From Squalus acanthias (Eukaryota), in assembly GCA_030390025.1 (NCBI GenBank), contig CM059432.1:72170001-72234000 (forward strand): DNA of 64,000 nt, read 5' to 3'. The position numbers and the translations under genes were made by a program. Under the pieces are notes generated by a model. The model did no database searches. It was not told the DNA's origin and was given only the letters and a program-made list of their open reading frames with translations. The first letter of the stretch is position 1. Every line of letters starts with the position of its first letter. Positions 1 through 13,200 of the stretch are shown here, in pieces.

Positions 1-59
1 TTGATTTTCAACAGTATCTTACCTAAATTAAACAACGCAGAATGACAATGTCGGACTCA

Positions 60-745
60 GTTGCTAAGGTGGCAGGACAAGTTGAGAAGGCTGTTAAAAA
101 GGCATACAGGATCCTTGGCTTTATAAATAGAAGCATAGAGTACAAAAGCAAGGAAGTTATGATAAACCTTTACCAAGCGCTGGTTAGGCCCCAGCTGGAG
201 TATTTTGGCTAATTCTGGCCACTACACTAAAGGAAGGATGTCAAGGCCTTAGAGAGGGTGCAGAGGAGATTTACTAGGATGGTACTAGGAATGAAAGACT
301 TCAGTTATGTGGAGAAACTAGAGAAACTGGAATTGTTCTCCTTAGAACAGAGAAGGTTAAGGGGAGATTTGATAGAGGTGTTCAAAATCTTGAAGGGTTT
401 TGATAGAGTAAATAAGGAGAAACTGTTTCCAGTGGCAGAAGGTCAGTAACCAAAGGACACAGATTTAAGGTAATTGGTCAAAGAACCAGAGGCAACATGA
501 GGGAAAAAATTATGCAGTGAATTATGATGATCCGGAATGTACTGCCTTAAAGGGTGGTGGAAGCAGATTCAGTAACAACTTTCAAAAGGGAATTGGCTAA
601 ATACCTGAAAATGAAAAAAATTGTAGGGCTATGAAGAAAGAGCAGGGAAGTGGGACTAAATGGTTAGCTCTTTCAAAGAGCCGGCACAGGCAAGATGGGC
701 CGAATGGCCCCCTTCTGTGCTATATCATTCTATGTTTCTGTGATA
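60..745 (+). mobile_element. CR1 (HER1-like) LINE, 3' fragment
   Basis: C-terminal RT peptide QRRFTRMV..LFSLEQRRLRGDLIEVFKI (ORF 258-449); tail GATGGGCCGAATGGCC..CTGTGCTATATCATTCTATG. Confidence 0.9.
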
Positions 746-949
746 AGGAATCCTCCTTCCATTTCAGTCATTCCTTTTCCAAAGTTCAGGGGCACAGTTC
801 TATTAGATATGCTTTGTGGTCTCCTCAAGGCAAAACACAGATTAATTTGAGTGTGACATCACACCCCAATAAATAATGCATACTTTCCAACTGGAATCAT
901 TGGTTAGCGATTAAGAGTGGGAACTCTGAGTGGACAATTTTTTTCTCTT

Positions 950-2238
950 TACCGTCCTGTTTGCACTCAAAAATGAGGTGGTAAATGAAACCGCTATTCG
1001 TCCTAGCCACTGACCGCTGCTTTTACAGCTGGTCAGATTTCCGGGGGCACATTAAATCTGACAGCCAGAGTCCCCAGAATCTGAAACAGGTCTTGTGCAT
1101 AAATTCAAATTGGGCTCAAGTGACGTCATTATAATATCAATGCCATTTTCCGACCTTACCGCCTGACTAATTAAACTTTCTTCTCTTGCCCACCAACCAT
1201 GGCTAGTGCAAGTCTTAAAGAGGCATTTCAAATGCTATTTGAAGGGATTCTCAGCTGCTCTCAGGTGAAGTTGTATAGAACTTTGAGACATTTTTGTAGT
1301 TTTTTTTTAACCTTAAAGAACTTGAAAGTGCTTGTAGTTACTATTGTTAAGGAATTGTTAAGGAACTTCTGGCATTGCAGATATTTCTTGATGGGAGTCC
1401 GTCTAGAAATCCTACTCTGGAGGAGGAGGAGGAGCAGGAGGCAGAAGCAAATAGCTGCAGCTGGAAGGAGAGAAATAGAGAAGGCGTGCTCGAAGGACAC
1501 AACAGAGTTTATATGCCCAGGACAACATACCTGCAGATCTATGGGAAGCAGTGCATAAGAAAGCTTTGATTCTCTCGGGAGGCAGTGACAGAGTTGTGTC
1601 GCATCCTCCAAAAAGAGCTGCAGCCAACTGCTGCAGCTAGCAGAAAATTGCCTGTTACAGTCACTGCAACCTTGAACTTCTTTGCCTCCGCTCCTTCCAG
1701 GCTGCCACAGGGGATATCGGCAACATCAGTCAGCCTTCCATTGCACAGGGACACTGAAGCTAGTTGTAGTGCCTCCATTCTTACACTGGATGAAATGAGC
1801 TAGCTCAGCACGAACAAGCATTGTACCTTCCTGGTCTCTTTGACTCAGTTCCACACTGCGCCATGAGGTAAGCCTTTGACCCTAAAAATCTACTGCTATT
1901 CTGGCGTACTCCTGCTGTAACTTCAGCAGATGTATGCCAGTACGGATAGAAACTCGGCCAGGACCCAGTTACGCTGGATCTAAGCCTAGCGCTGAAGCTT
2001 CTGAGATGGCCTGTTAGGTGTGGAGCTTTGCTTGCTCCAAACATAGCCAATACTGTAAAGGAGAGGGTCTAGGAACAGGGACTCCAAACTTTGGAGTTCT
2101 CATGGTGTGGGCCTTCAGTGGGACCCAGCTTATAGTCAGGGTACTAGTCAACCTATTAGTGGATGTGGGGCCCATCTGGGAGTCCAGGCAGGGATCATGA
2201 ACTTTAGTGGGTTGTCCATTCTGTGGATTTTCCAGGCC
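950..2238 (+). mobile_element. PIF/Harbinger transposon remnant with N-terminal transposase fragment
   Basis: ~1390-1740 reads RVYMPRTTYLQ..CIRKL and, after a frameshift, VTELCRILQKELQPT..LPVTVTATLNFFAS, paralleling 22800-23000; possible end TTTTCCAGGCC near 2238; boundaries approximate. Confidence 0.7.
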
Positions 2239-2689
2239 AATTTTTTTTTAATTCTTTATTAAAATATTATGTCTTTGTCTCTCATTCTTAGTACATGGCT
2301 GCTACCAGGAAAAATTATATTTTAAATAAAGTTTTATTATATCAGCTACATTAGTACCTTGGAATTACAAATAGAGAATTTGGCTCTTGCCTTTGTATAG
2401 CAAGTACAGCTCTAGTTGAAGTTTTTTTCTAAATATGATTAAACTAATTTGATTTATCTTTAGAAAAAAAATGCTTTGATGGCAAATTGGAATTGTGTCT
2501 TATGTTATTAAGGTTAAATCTCTTACCTGACATGATACAAAACTAATATAAATGGCATAGTATTGTTTGTTCAATTTACTGGTTATCTCCTTTAATGAAC
2601 TAGATCCTTCTGCAATGTTAACTAAGTAGTGTCATGATTTTTGCACTGTTAGCAGTACTGAAATCTCCCTCAGAGAGGCAGCCGGTATG

Positions 2690-2865
2690 GAAACTGGAAA
2701 GTCACACCGATGCAGTAGAAGGTGCTCTTCTGAGATTGGGGATTCAATCCCATTGTTTTGGTGGCTTTACTGCATAGCTATGTATTAGTCCTCATCTGGG
2801 AGTGCGTGATCTGGGGGTGCCTGAATCAGGAAAGCGTTCCATTCCGCAGCATCAATGTTCTTAAT
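2690..2865. mobile_element. ancient SINE-like fragment
   Basis: GGTGCCTGAATCAGGAAAGCGTTCCATTCCGCAGCA resembles the tail of the SINE at ~26065-26110. Confidence 0.35.
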
Positions 2866-4404
2866 TTTGATGAGCAGTAACATTACAGAAAGGCCTACTA
2901 TAATTTACCCACCAAGGGATATTGGCAAGCTTAGTTTTCCAAATAAACCAGTGACAGGGAATAATGGAGACTTGGAAATGATTACAAGGCAGTAATCTAA
3001 TTAGACAGTTCAGTTGCTGTGATAAACCACAAGAGCAAAGCACTTTATAACTGACGACTGAACTGCAAGATTAAATTGCTGCCTAGAAAGTATGCCAGAG
3101 TATCTATTATTTTTAATAATATATACTGTAAACTTTATGGAATTGTTTTATTCAGAGTTTGAGAGTTGTGGGGCCTATGTAGGGTGTGCAGCTTGGTGAA
3201 TTCATTTTTCTTTAAAATGGCCATGATACTTTGGGGCAGAGTCATCTGCATAATTACATGAAATGCCAAAGGGGATTAATAATTCTATTAAAAGATTACA
3301 TATCATGGGTAAATTAAACGCTTCCCAAGTATAATTGCAGTCCTTCAAGAAACTTTCAGATCATTAGGCAACAAAACTGTAGGGAGGAAGATAGGCAAGG
3401 TAATTCACACTTGATATAATACTAAGAGTTAAAGTGTTTCTACTATTTTATGTAGCATTTTGGAGAAATGTGCAGGACTGGACGTAGGTTGGTTGCAGCG
3501 TAGGATTATCTGAATGGAATCAAGATAAGAAGATCATCAATTTGCATTTATATTGCACTTTTAATGTAGAAAAATGTCCTACTGCTACCTCCCCAGTGTC
3601 TAGTAACTCCCTCATATGGTTGTCAGTGTCTTACAAATCTCCTTGCTAGTCTCTTTTAGAACTCTGGGATAAAAACAAAATCTATCCCTAGTGATTTGTT
3701 TGTTTTGAGCCTTGCTAGAGCTTTCCATCTCATTTATATCAAAGTCACTGATTTTATTTTGGTTATTTCTGTTTAGAAAGGACATGGAAAAAGTGCTCCT
3801 CCCAGATCCACAGTGAAATTGCAGGCCACTGCTAGCCAAGCTGCCCCCCATCAATCTCCTCGTGCCCCCAAACTTACCGTGGTCCCGGTTTAGGCGTCTC
3901 TGACGGGTGAACTTCAACCTCTTGGGGCACAACTAATGCCCCAGCATACTGATTATTGAAGGAGGAGAGCCATTTTCACGTGGTCCTCTTGTGCATCAGT
4001 TTCGGCATGGCGGTCCTTGCTGCCATTGGGTTCGCGCCCGAGTTTGGTCGACAAAAATTGGCAGGTTGTGCACCCGTTTCCACATCAGAAAAATGGGTGA
4101 AGCGAGGTCCAAGTTTGTCTCCCACATGTTCCAATATCATTTCATCCCCGAGTTCTTTAAACCACATTTGAATCCAGTTTACATGGTGACGTTCTCACTT
4201 GACTCACAGGTTAATAGATGGAAGGTGCTGGTGCACCCTCTTGGAATCTAGCAGAAAATGCCTCCTTCTTCTTTCTTCCCTATAGTGGTATGGCAATTAT
4301 CTAGCTGGGCTTCTTGTCATGGCTCCTTCCTTTCTCACTTTTCTAGTATGTCTTTTACTTCAGTAATCCTTTTCTCCAGCCTTGTTTATATAATTTTAGT
4401 TGAG

Positions 4405-4860
4405 GGTGCTGAAACCCTCATTCATGCCTTTGTTACCTCTAGACTCGACTATTCCAATGTTCTCCTGGCTGGCCTCCCACCTTGGGCCCTCCGTAAACTT
4501 GAGATCATTCAAAGCTCTGCTGCCCGTATCCTAACTCACACCAAGTCCCATTCACCCATCACCCCATGTGCTCACTGACTTACAGCGATTTTAAAATTCT
4601 CATCCTTGTTTTTAAATCCCTCCATGGCCTCGCCCCTCCCTATCTCTGTAACCTACTCCAGCCCCACAACCCTCTGAGATCTCTGCGCTTCTCTAATTCT
4701 GGCCTCTCGCACATCCCTGATTTTCTTCGATCCACCATTGGCAGCCGTGCCTTCAGCTGCGTAGGCCCTAAGCTCTGGAATTCCTTCCCTAAACCTCTCC
4801 GCCTATCTACCTCCTTTAAAACGCTCCTTAAAACCTACTTCATTGACCAAGCTGAGTCTC
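4405..4860 (+). mobile_element. L2 LINE 3' fragment
   Basis: AETLIHAFVTSRLDYSNVLLAGLP and FKILILVFKSLHGLAPPYL..GPKLWNSFP peptides. Confidence 0.9.
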
Positions 4861-5229
4861 ATGTAATAAAAATTTAATTTGACTTATTTAGTCACTGTAA
4901 AACAGTGGTCACAATTATAACCTTTAAATTACTCCTTTGGAGTTCATGGAGTGATCTTATTATGCTTAGATTTGTTTTGAAGTAGGCAGGTGATACAGCA
5001 GACAAGGACAGTCCCTGTGTGTTGTACAGTTAATGTATGTTGATAAAATCTACAATACAAGTTTAACAATTTGTAGTGCCTTGGTCTTTTATATTGCCGT
5101 GTTACCAATAACACAGAAGTTTACATTGTGGAGGTTTGATCTTTTACTCTATTCTATTTCTATTCTATATACTGTACAATTAGTTTTACTTGGTTATGTA
5201 TTTAAGCAAAGCATATCGATAACCTATGT

Positions 5230-5725
5230 AATCCTCAACCATGCTTTTGTTACCTCCAAACTTGACTATTCCAATGCTCTCCTGGTCAGCCTTCCATCTT
5301 CCACCCTCCATAAACATCCAAAACTCTGCTGTCTGTATCCTAACTCACACCAAGTCCTGTTCAGTCATTACCCCTGTGCTCGCTGACCTGCATTGGCTCC
5401 CGGTCCACTAATGCCTCAATTTTAAAATCCCTCGATGGCCTCGTTCCTCCCTATCTCTGTAACCTCCCCCAACCCTCCAAGAACTCTCCATTCCTCCAAC
5501 TCTGGCCTGTTCTGCACACCCACTCCCTTCGCCCCACCATTGCCATCCGTGCCTTCAGCCATCTCTGCCCTAAGCTCTGGAATTCCCTCCCTAAACCTTT
5601 CCACATCTCCTTCATTAAGACACTCCTTAAAACCTACCTCTTTGACTGATTACGCTCCTGTGAAATGCCTTGGGATGTTTTACTATGATAAAGGTGCTAT
5701 ATAAATGCAAGCTTTTATTGTTGTA
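5230..5725 (+). mobile_element. L2 LINE 3' end
   Basis: HAFVTSKLDYSNALL; tail GTGAAATGCCTTGGGATGTTTTAC..GGTGCTATATAAATGCAAG. Confidence 0.85.
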
Positions 5726-6149
5726 ACAGCTAGACAGGATGTCACCATCCCAAGGCATTGTTGAAGCAGTTGTAAAAATATCCTGGCAATTACACAATTA
5801 TTTTGTTATATTTATTTAATTTAGTGTACTGCTAGGAAATAATACAATCAGTATAATAAATTAGGTGATATTAATTTGCCTGATTTTGAATAATCAAAGT
5901 CTAAATTACCTGAATATTATCTCACCTACCCGTCAACATTAACTTGATAAATAAAACATATACCGTCTTTACAAGAGAATATTTAGACTTGACTATTATA
6001 TATGGGATGAAAATGATCTTAATTTTGTAATACGTATATTTACCTGCATAAAATGTAAAATAAGATGTACACAGAACTGAGTGAATATGGTCGTCGCTTT
6101 TTGAGCATTTTTAAAGAACCACAGAAATTCATACTTGTGTAGTTCTAAC

Positions 6150-7250
6150 GCCCACTGCCTAATGAATCTTGGTCTTTTCAGTAAATTATCACCCACTGCA
6201 ATACGCCTCCAATTCTCGTTGGTAAAGGAGAAAGCGTTTTGCCCGATTTAGGAGACTGAACCATTAAATAAGGGGTGTGAACGGATAAGCCTATTCGCCA
6301 TGTTAATCTTCTCATAGATTTATTGGAAGAATAATGTTACCGGGTATTGAACTTAGCTTGTAAGCCCAACATCTTTGAAGTAACATATTTGAGTTACAAT
6401 ATTGCGGCGGGGTTGGAGTTGTTGCCGCAGGTGGCTCCCCTGTGTGGGTTGTTGGGGATGGCCGTGCTGGCGGAGTCTGGCTGAGTGTGTGTGGAGCAGC
6501 TCTGTCTCAGTGTCGCTGCTGTGCTGTGTTACAATGCTGCGATACATTGTCTCCAGCCGAACCTGATCCGGGCTCCCTTCCATTCGCACCGGAGGAAGAG
6601 TTAGGTCGCAACATTCATTTTTGTTGGTAAGCGACGTTTTAAAAATTAGGTAGTAATTGCAAACGAGGAGTTTTGTCGGTTTGGCTGGATTGTTGTACTG
6701 CGGTTCGTGGAGCCTAGCTGCGGCTTAGCTTCCTTGTACCGTGGAACTGTGTGAAAAGAGAGACAGAAATGCGTCTCAACATTGAGAAGCTTCTGTCATT
6801 TTTCCAAGTTCACAGAGCCCGGAAAACCCATTTGTTTTGCTTCGTTGTTGCCTTTTCGCTCTTTCGTGTCTTTTGAATGAAGTGGAACGGTCATAAGTGG
6901 AGTAAGAAAAAGGAAGTTCTGAATCATGTCTACCCGGCATTCGACCGGCATTTGTTTATGAAAATGTTTAACTCTAGGTGCCACTGCATGCGATTGAAAA
7001 CGCAAGCAGGGTAAAACGCCGTTACGCATTGTTCATCGGGACACTCGGCTGCTGGCTTTAAAGCGCATTTACATTGGGGTAAAAGCTAGGGTTACTATTT
7101 TGAAGTAAAACCTCTTGGAAAAAAGTAGGTTTTAGGAGGGGAGAAGGGGAGGACGGGCGGTGGCACCGAGCATTAAGTCTGGTTTCTTCAGAAATTCAAA
7201 TTAATGTAACCGACCTCTAAAGAACATTTGAATGTGTCTGAACTTAGGGA
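6150..7250 (+). promoter_or_regulatory. CpG-enriched promoter region of an unidentified host gene
   Basis: Visible CpG enrichment outside any recognisable repeat; CCAAT 6209-6213; GC-box-like GCGGCGGGG ~6404-6412; followed by a strong splice donor. Confidence 0.65.
6400..6626 (+). other. candidate non-coding first exon (5'UTR)
   Basis: Ends at TTG|GTAAGC (GT 6627-6628); contains only short uORFs MAVLAESG* (6458-6484) and MLRYIVSSRT* (6534-6566); 5' boundary is a guess. Confidence 0.55.
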
Positions 7251-7564
7251 GTTGGATGGGCTGGGCAGGATTATTCCGATCATTTTAGCTAAAGTTACAC
7301 AAGATTTCATCTTTTTATTGAAGGTGGCAACATTTTTTAAACGCATATATTACATCTCTGTCACATCGCGAACCCTTCAGAAATCTAGAGAGGCTTGTTG
7401 GTACGATAGAGGCAAGATGGATTTTAGTGTCGAGAATCCTTGATCCTCAACCTTAAATCGTTTTTGACGATCCTTGAGCAGAGAGGCCATGAAGCTTCCA
7501 TTGGGGGAAACTTGTTAACCCAAGAGATGTTTAACATCGACCTGGATAAAGTATAAGGTTTGGT

Positions 7565-7835
7565 CATACCAGCTTGCGGGGCAAGCAGCCAGGACAATTG
7601 CCCGGGGCCCCAGGCCATGATATGGGATGGAGGGGAAAGGACTCGGAAGTTAAGTCATATCTGAAGATTAGTGGAAAATCGCACATTTAGCCTGCTATCT
7701 CACCTTAAAGTGGCGTAGTTTAGTTCATGACACTTTAATTTTACAAAGTGGAAGTCATCCAAAAGTGTGGGCGAGGGAGGGGTTCCACGCGTTAGCCTCC
7801 GCCCGAAGCCCCCATGAGTCTAACGCTGGAGCTGT
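7565..7835. mobile_element. possible hAT-type MITE remnant
   Basis: Subterminal-like motifs CAATTGCCCGGGGCCCC and GCCCCCATGAGTCTAACGCTGG recalled from vertebrate hAT MITEs; no clear TIR or TSD. Confidence 0.3.
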
Positions 7836-8212
7836 GGTCTGCCTTTGGCTGCTGCGGGGAAAGAAGGGATGAAAATGTACAACACCTTGGAGCATCTTAC
7901 GGGAAGTCGAGTGCTTCAAGCAGCCTGCAGTATGTGTGGAAATGTCATCTTCAGTTGGTGTAGGGCTCTTGCATTACAATAGAACCAAGAAAAACATAAT
8001 TCATTGGTAAACGATCTCTGACCTTGATCTCTGACCTTGAGAAGAAAAACTTAGTCATTATCCGTTATCCTGTAGCAATAAAGTTTGACTGTAAATTATA
8101 GTAATGGACCCAGTTAGCTTTAACTGTATTTAACCTGAGGATTTCCTGTGCACTGCTGCAGTTAATGTCCAGAATGAGAGTTCTAGTGTGGCTAACAATT
8201 TTTCACCAAAAC

Positions 8213-8360
8213 CTACAACAACTTACTCATTTAGCGTAGCAAAACATCCCAAGGCTCTGAACAAGCGATATCAGTAACAAATATTTTTGACACTGAGCCA
8301 CAGAAGGAGATATCAGGACAGATAACCAATAGCTTGGCCAAAAGGTAGGTTTTAAGGAAA
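8213..8360 (-). mobile_element. L2 3' tail fragment
   Basis: Reverse complement of the L2 tail seen at 23590-23745 and 54795-54940. Confidence 0.6.
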
Positions 8361-8843
8361 AACCTAGGTATAGTTGAATAGAATGCTTCCTAATTTTTAT
8401 ATTTCTGTCCTGTTAAATATGTAGTAATTAATATTTGTATATATTTGCAATGTGCATATAAGAGATAGTTGAATGTACTGGATGCAGCAAAGGCCCTGAC
8501 GACAGCCTGGCTGTCGTTCTGAATACCTGTGCAACAGAGCCAGCCGCTCCCCTACCTAGCTGTACCAGTACAACTAAATAAGACACTGAACTCTACTCAA
8601 CAATGTGGAAGGTTGCTCAGGTGTGTCCTATCCACAAAAAATAGGATAAATCTAACCCAACCAATTATCAGCCTCGTCCCAGGCATCACTAAAGTAATGG
8701 AAGGAGTCATCAGTAGTGCAGTCAAGCAGCATCAGTAACCTGTTCAATTTGGGTTCTACAAGAGCCATTCAGCTCCAGACCGCATCACAGCCTTAATTCA
8801 GACATAGATGCAAGAGCTGAATGCCAGAGGAAAGGTGACAGTA

Positions 8844-8969
8844 CAAAAGCAAGATACTGCGGATGCTGGAAATCTGAAATAAAAACAGAAAATGCTGGAA
8901 ATGCTCAGCAGGTCAGGCAACATCTGTAGAGAGAGAAACAGAGTTAACATTTTAGGTCGATGATCCTTC
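8844..8969 (-). mobile_element. Penelope-type terminal (pLTR) fragment with degenerate hammerhead motif
   Basis: Same sequence as 16910-17045; flanked by GACAGTA at 8837-8843 and 8970-8976. Confidence 0.8.
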
Positions 8970-9130
8970 GACAGTAGCTGCCCTTGACATCAAAGCCTCA
9001 TTCGACTGAGTATGGCACCAAGGAGCCCTTGCAAAATTGTGGTCACGGAGTTGGGGTGGGGAAGTCAAAGGGAAAATCCTTCAGTGGCTGGAGTCATACC
9101 TGATGCACAAGAAATGGTTGTGCTTGTCCG

Positions 9131-10222
9131 AGGAATTGGGGACAACCTATTGACATGGGTAGGGAATTGGTTGGGAGGTCAGAGACAGAGAGTAGGTATG
9201 CACTCCAGTTGGCAGGATGTGACTAGTGGTATCCCCCAACTGGGGCCTCAGCTTTTCACTATATTTATAAATGACTGGGATGAAGGAATAGAGAGCCGTA
9301 TAATCCAAGTTTGCTGATGACACCAAGTTAGGTGGTACAGTAAATAGTCTAGAAGGGAGCAGAAAGTTGTAAAGGGACATTGACAGATTAAGTGAGTGGC
9401 CAAAATTGTCAGATGGAGTTCAATGTGGGGAAATGTGAGGTCATCCACTTTGGACCCAAGAAAGAGAGATAAGAGTATTTTCTAAATGGCAAGTAGCTAG
9501 GAACTGTGGATGAGCAGAGAGATTTAGGGGTCCAAGTATAGAAATGACTAAAGGCTAGTGGACAGATACAAAAATGTAATTAAAAAGGCTAATGGAATGT
9601 TGGCCTTTATCTCAAGGGGGCTGGAATACAAAGGGGTGGAAGTTATGTTAATTATATAAAGCTCTGGTTAGACCCCATTTAGAGTACGACGTTCAGTTCT
9701 GGGCACAGCACCCCTGGAAGGATATATTGGCTTTGGAGGGGATGCAACACAAATTCACCAGAATGAACCCAGGACTAAAAGAGTTAAATTATGAGGACAG
9801 GTTGCATTGACTAGGGTTGTATTCCCTCGAGTATAGAAGATTAAGAGGTAATCTAACAAAAGTGTTTCAGATGATTAAAGGATTTTATCGGGTAAATAGA
9901 GAGATACTATTTCCTCTGGTGTGGGAGTCCAGAACAAGGGAACCTAACCTTTAAAATTAGAGCTAGGCCGTTCAGGGGTGATGTCAGGAAGCACTTCTTC
10001 ACACAAAGGGGAATGGAAATCTGGAAAACTCTCCCCTAAAAAGCTGTTGAGGCTAGGTCAATTGAAAATTTCAAAACTGAAATTGATAGATTCTTGTTAG
10101 ATAAGGGTATTAAGGGATACAGAACCAAGGTGGGTAGATGGAGTTAAGATGCAGATCAGCCACAATCTAATTGAATGGTGGAACAGGCTTGAGGGGCTGA
10201 ATGGCCTATTCCTATTCCTATG
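9131..10222 (+). mobile_element. CR1 LINE, 5'-truncated, nested in the family-B LINE
   Basis: [19 protein letters not shown] and FADDTK region; tail GGGGCTGAATGGCCTATTCCTATTCCTATG. Confidence 0.9.
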
Positions 10223-12865
10223 AGGCCAGTCATTGCAGCCCAAGGGTATCACTGCAAGAGTTTTTTATGGAAGCGTCCTCGGGCAAACCATCTTCAACTG
10301 CTTCATCAATGACCTTTCTTCCCTCATAAGGTCAGGAATGGGGCTGTTCACTGACGATTCCAGATTGTTCAGCTCCATTCACAACTCTTCAGATAACAAA
10401 GTATCCTATGCCCACCTACAGCAGGACTTGGATAACCTCCAGTCTTGGGCTGATGTGTGGTACGAATGTTATTTGCCACACAAGTGCCAGGCAATGGCCA
10501 TCTTGAACAAGGGAAAGCCTAGCCATCTTCGATTGACCTTCAATGGCTTCATCATCGCTGAGATCCCCACCATCAATATCTTGGGGGTCACCATTGGCCA
10601 GAAGCTGAACTGGACAGTCATATCCACACCATGGCTACAAGAGCAGTGTAGAGGTTGTGTACGCTGTGATGAGTGGTTCACCGCCTGACCCCATGAAATC
10701 TCTATTATCTGCAAGGATTAAGACAGCATTGTGATGGAATACTTGCCACTTGCCTGGATGGCTGCAGCCACAGCTACTCTCCAGAAGTTCAACACCATCC
10801 AGGACGGAGTAGCTTGCTTGATTAATGTGCCTGTAATTGGATTCAATATCCACCCCCTCCATCACTGGCACACTGGCTGCAGAATGTACATACTATAGGA
10901 TGCACTGCAGCAACTCATCAAGCTTACTTCGACAGAACCTCCCTCCTCTGTAACCGAGAAGGACAAGAGTAGCAATGTTTTGGGAACGCCATCCCTTCCA
11001 AGTTGCACACTATCCAGATTTGGACATGTATATCGTTGCTAAGTCAATATCATGGAATTCCCTACCCAGCACCATTGTAGGAACACCATCACCATATTTT
11101 GAGGAGAAGGCCCACAATGACTTCCTCAAGGCAACTAGCAATGATAAATAAATGTTGTCATGCCAGAGTTGCCCACATCTTGAACAAATTAAAAAAAAAA
11201 CATATATATGTAACTGTATACCTTTGGTCTAAGGGTGGGGGGGAACCCAAGCCACATTTTTAAAAACATTTTTGGGTAGATAGTTATATGGTGGGATACA
11301 ATTATTTTGATAAGTTAACTGAAGAATACCTCATTGCTGGAACACCCTTTGGGAGAAGGCATTCATTTTGCTGAAACTCATAATTAACTAAATTACATTA
11401 ATGCAGAAAAGCCTTTTCTTTTGCCTTTTAGGTCTCATGCCAGCACAGATTTATACCATTATAGTTAAATTATAACAAGAAACAGTGATTGAATTCTGTT
11501 TTGGGGTTTAGAATCAGAAATTTGCTACTCCTTTCCACTAAAATGTAGTAATGCCCCCATACAAAACCAACAATCTGTTATTACATGTGAAAATGCTGTC
11601 TTTTTAACTGTGTGGCTGTGGATCTGAATAATAGGGGAGTGTGTACTTACTGTAATATGCAAGTCTCAGCAGGCAGCTCTGAAGATGGGGAGGAGTATTG
11701 GCATTGAGTATCAACAGACTAACTTGACCTATATTGCATCATCTATTCCAACCTGTAAGGTGAGATCATTATCATCAACCAAATTTATTGTCCTCTGGTT
11801 ACTTTGTCAGACAGTCTCAATTAAATTTGCATAACTACTGGCTGGAGTGCTTGGTTGTCTGAAATGTTTCCGGAAGGAGGGAAGCCAATTCAGAGAACAG
11901 CAGGAAAATGGTGCACTTGTCTATGATCTGTTGATATGTCTACAGCATTTACAGAACTGGTAGATTTTTTTTTTACTAAGATTTCCTAATCCTGCATAGA
12001 ATCAGAAATCTGATCCAGCTATAGAAAGAAAAGGAACTGGCAATAGCTGTAAGTGAGAGTTTTGATTCTGCTTGTGTGCTTTGGCTGTGTCTGGTACTGA
12101 GCATTGCCCCTGTATAAGTCTCCTGATTTATTGCTGGAGTGTATTTCAGATTCCGATCTGCTGCAGCAAATAAATGTTAAAGTATGCAATAGCATAAATT
12201 ATATGAGCATGATCATTTTTCTGCCTTGTTTATAATTATGTGGAAGTACCATGCTGCCACTCTTGAGATATTAATATCTCAATCACCTGCAAGAAGACTA
12301 ATAGTAGATTGTAATGTTCAGACATTTACCTTTTTTTGTTATCTTGGAGAGGGTATGAATGTACAATGATCCATTCCTTTATCTATTTTATCATCCCTCC
12401 TGTAAGGCATGTCAGGATGTTTTCTGCGTTAAAGGTGCCATATAAATACAAATTATATCTTTGGGGGTATGGGCAAACGATTGCCCTAGCTACTTGGTCT
12501 AGCTCACTTCAGAGGGCATTGAGTCAACTAGTACGGGTCAGAGTCACGTATAAGCCAAATATTCCAGATTGAAGTGGCTGGTTTCCTCCTTTTTTGAAGT
12601 TCAGTTCCTGCAATAATCTAGCAACTTCATGACCATCTGAGTTCTGGGTGTAATGGGTGAGCATATAGACCACTCTACTGACAGGTACATTTTCTTAACT
12701 CACTTAAATTCCTAACCTTGCTTTTTAGCTACTAATAAATTAATGTATATAAATCTTTAGGTTTACAAGTTGCCATTAATCTGAAAATTAATCCAATAAA
12801 CCATTTTCTGCACTCAATGGGATTGTGATTTTTGTGACTTTAGCTAACAGCTTCCAAAAAAAGAT

Positions 12866-13200
12866 AGGCCTCAAATCCATGGGGCAGTACGTCTTGGTGT
12901 AAGTATAGCGGTGCGCCCGCCTTGGACCTCCGTCACTGATCCTGCTGTAAAACACAGGAAATCTCCATAACTCCAGTTGCGCGGTCATGGGGAGGTCCTG
13001 TGATTTACGGACTAGGGGTACATCTGGGGCAAGCTCACTATACCAAACCGGTCCTAAAATCCAGCCAAAAAGTCTGGGATATGACAAGGAGATGCTGGGT
13101 CTTGTCTTTCCCCCCTTCCCCCAGAAGAAATATTTAGTTGCCCCTGTGCCCCCCTTACAAAGGCCATTCTGGAAATCTGGACTTCTCTTACGAATGGCTC
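12866..13200. mobile_element. Harbinger-like MITE fragment
   Basis: GC/CpG-rich block starting GGCCTCAAAT, like the GGCC-terminated MITEs elsewhere; second TIR not found. Confidence 0.35.

Larger units (their letters stand above)
8475..11200 (+). mobile_element. CR1-superfamily LINE 'family B' (RT region to 3' tail), interrupted by two younger inserts
   Basis: Homologous to 33350-33850 ([30 protein letters not shown]); GSVLGQTIFNCFINDL..LFTDDS in ORF 10233-10688; tail TTGCCCACATCTTGAAC..A-run at ~11170-11199. Confidence 0.8.
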
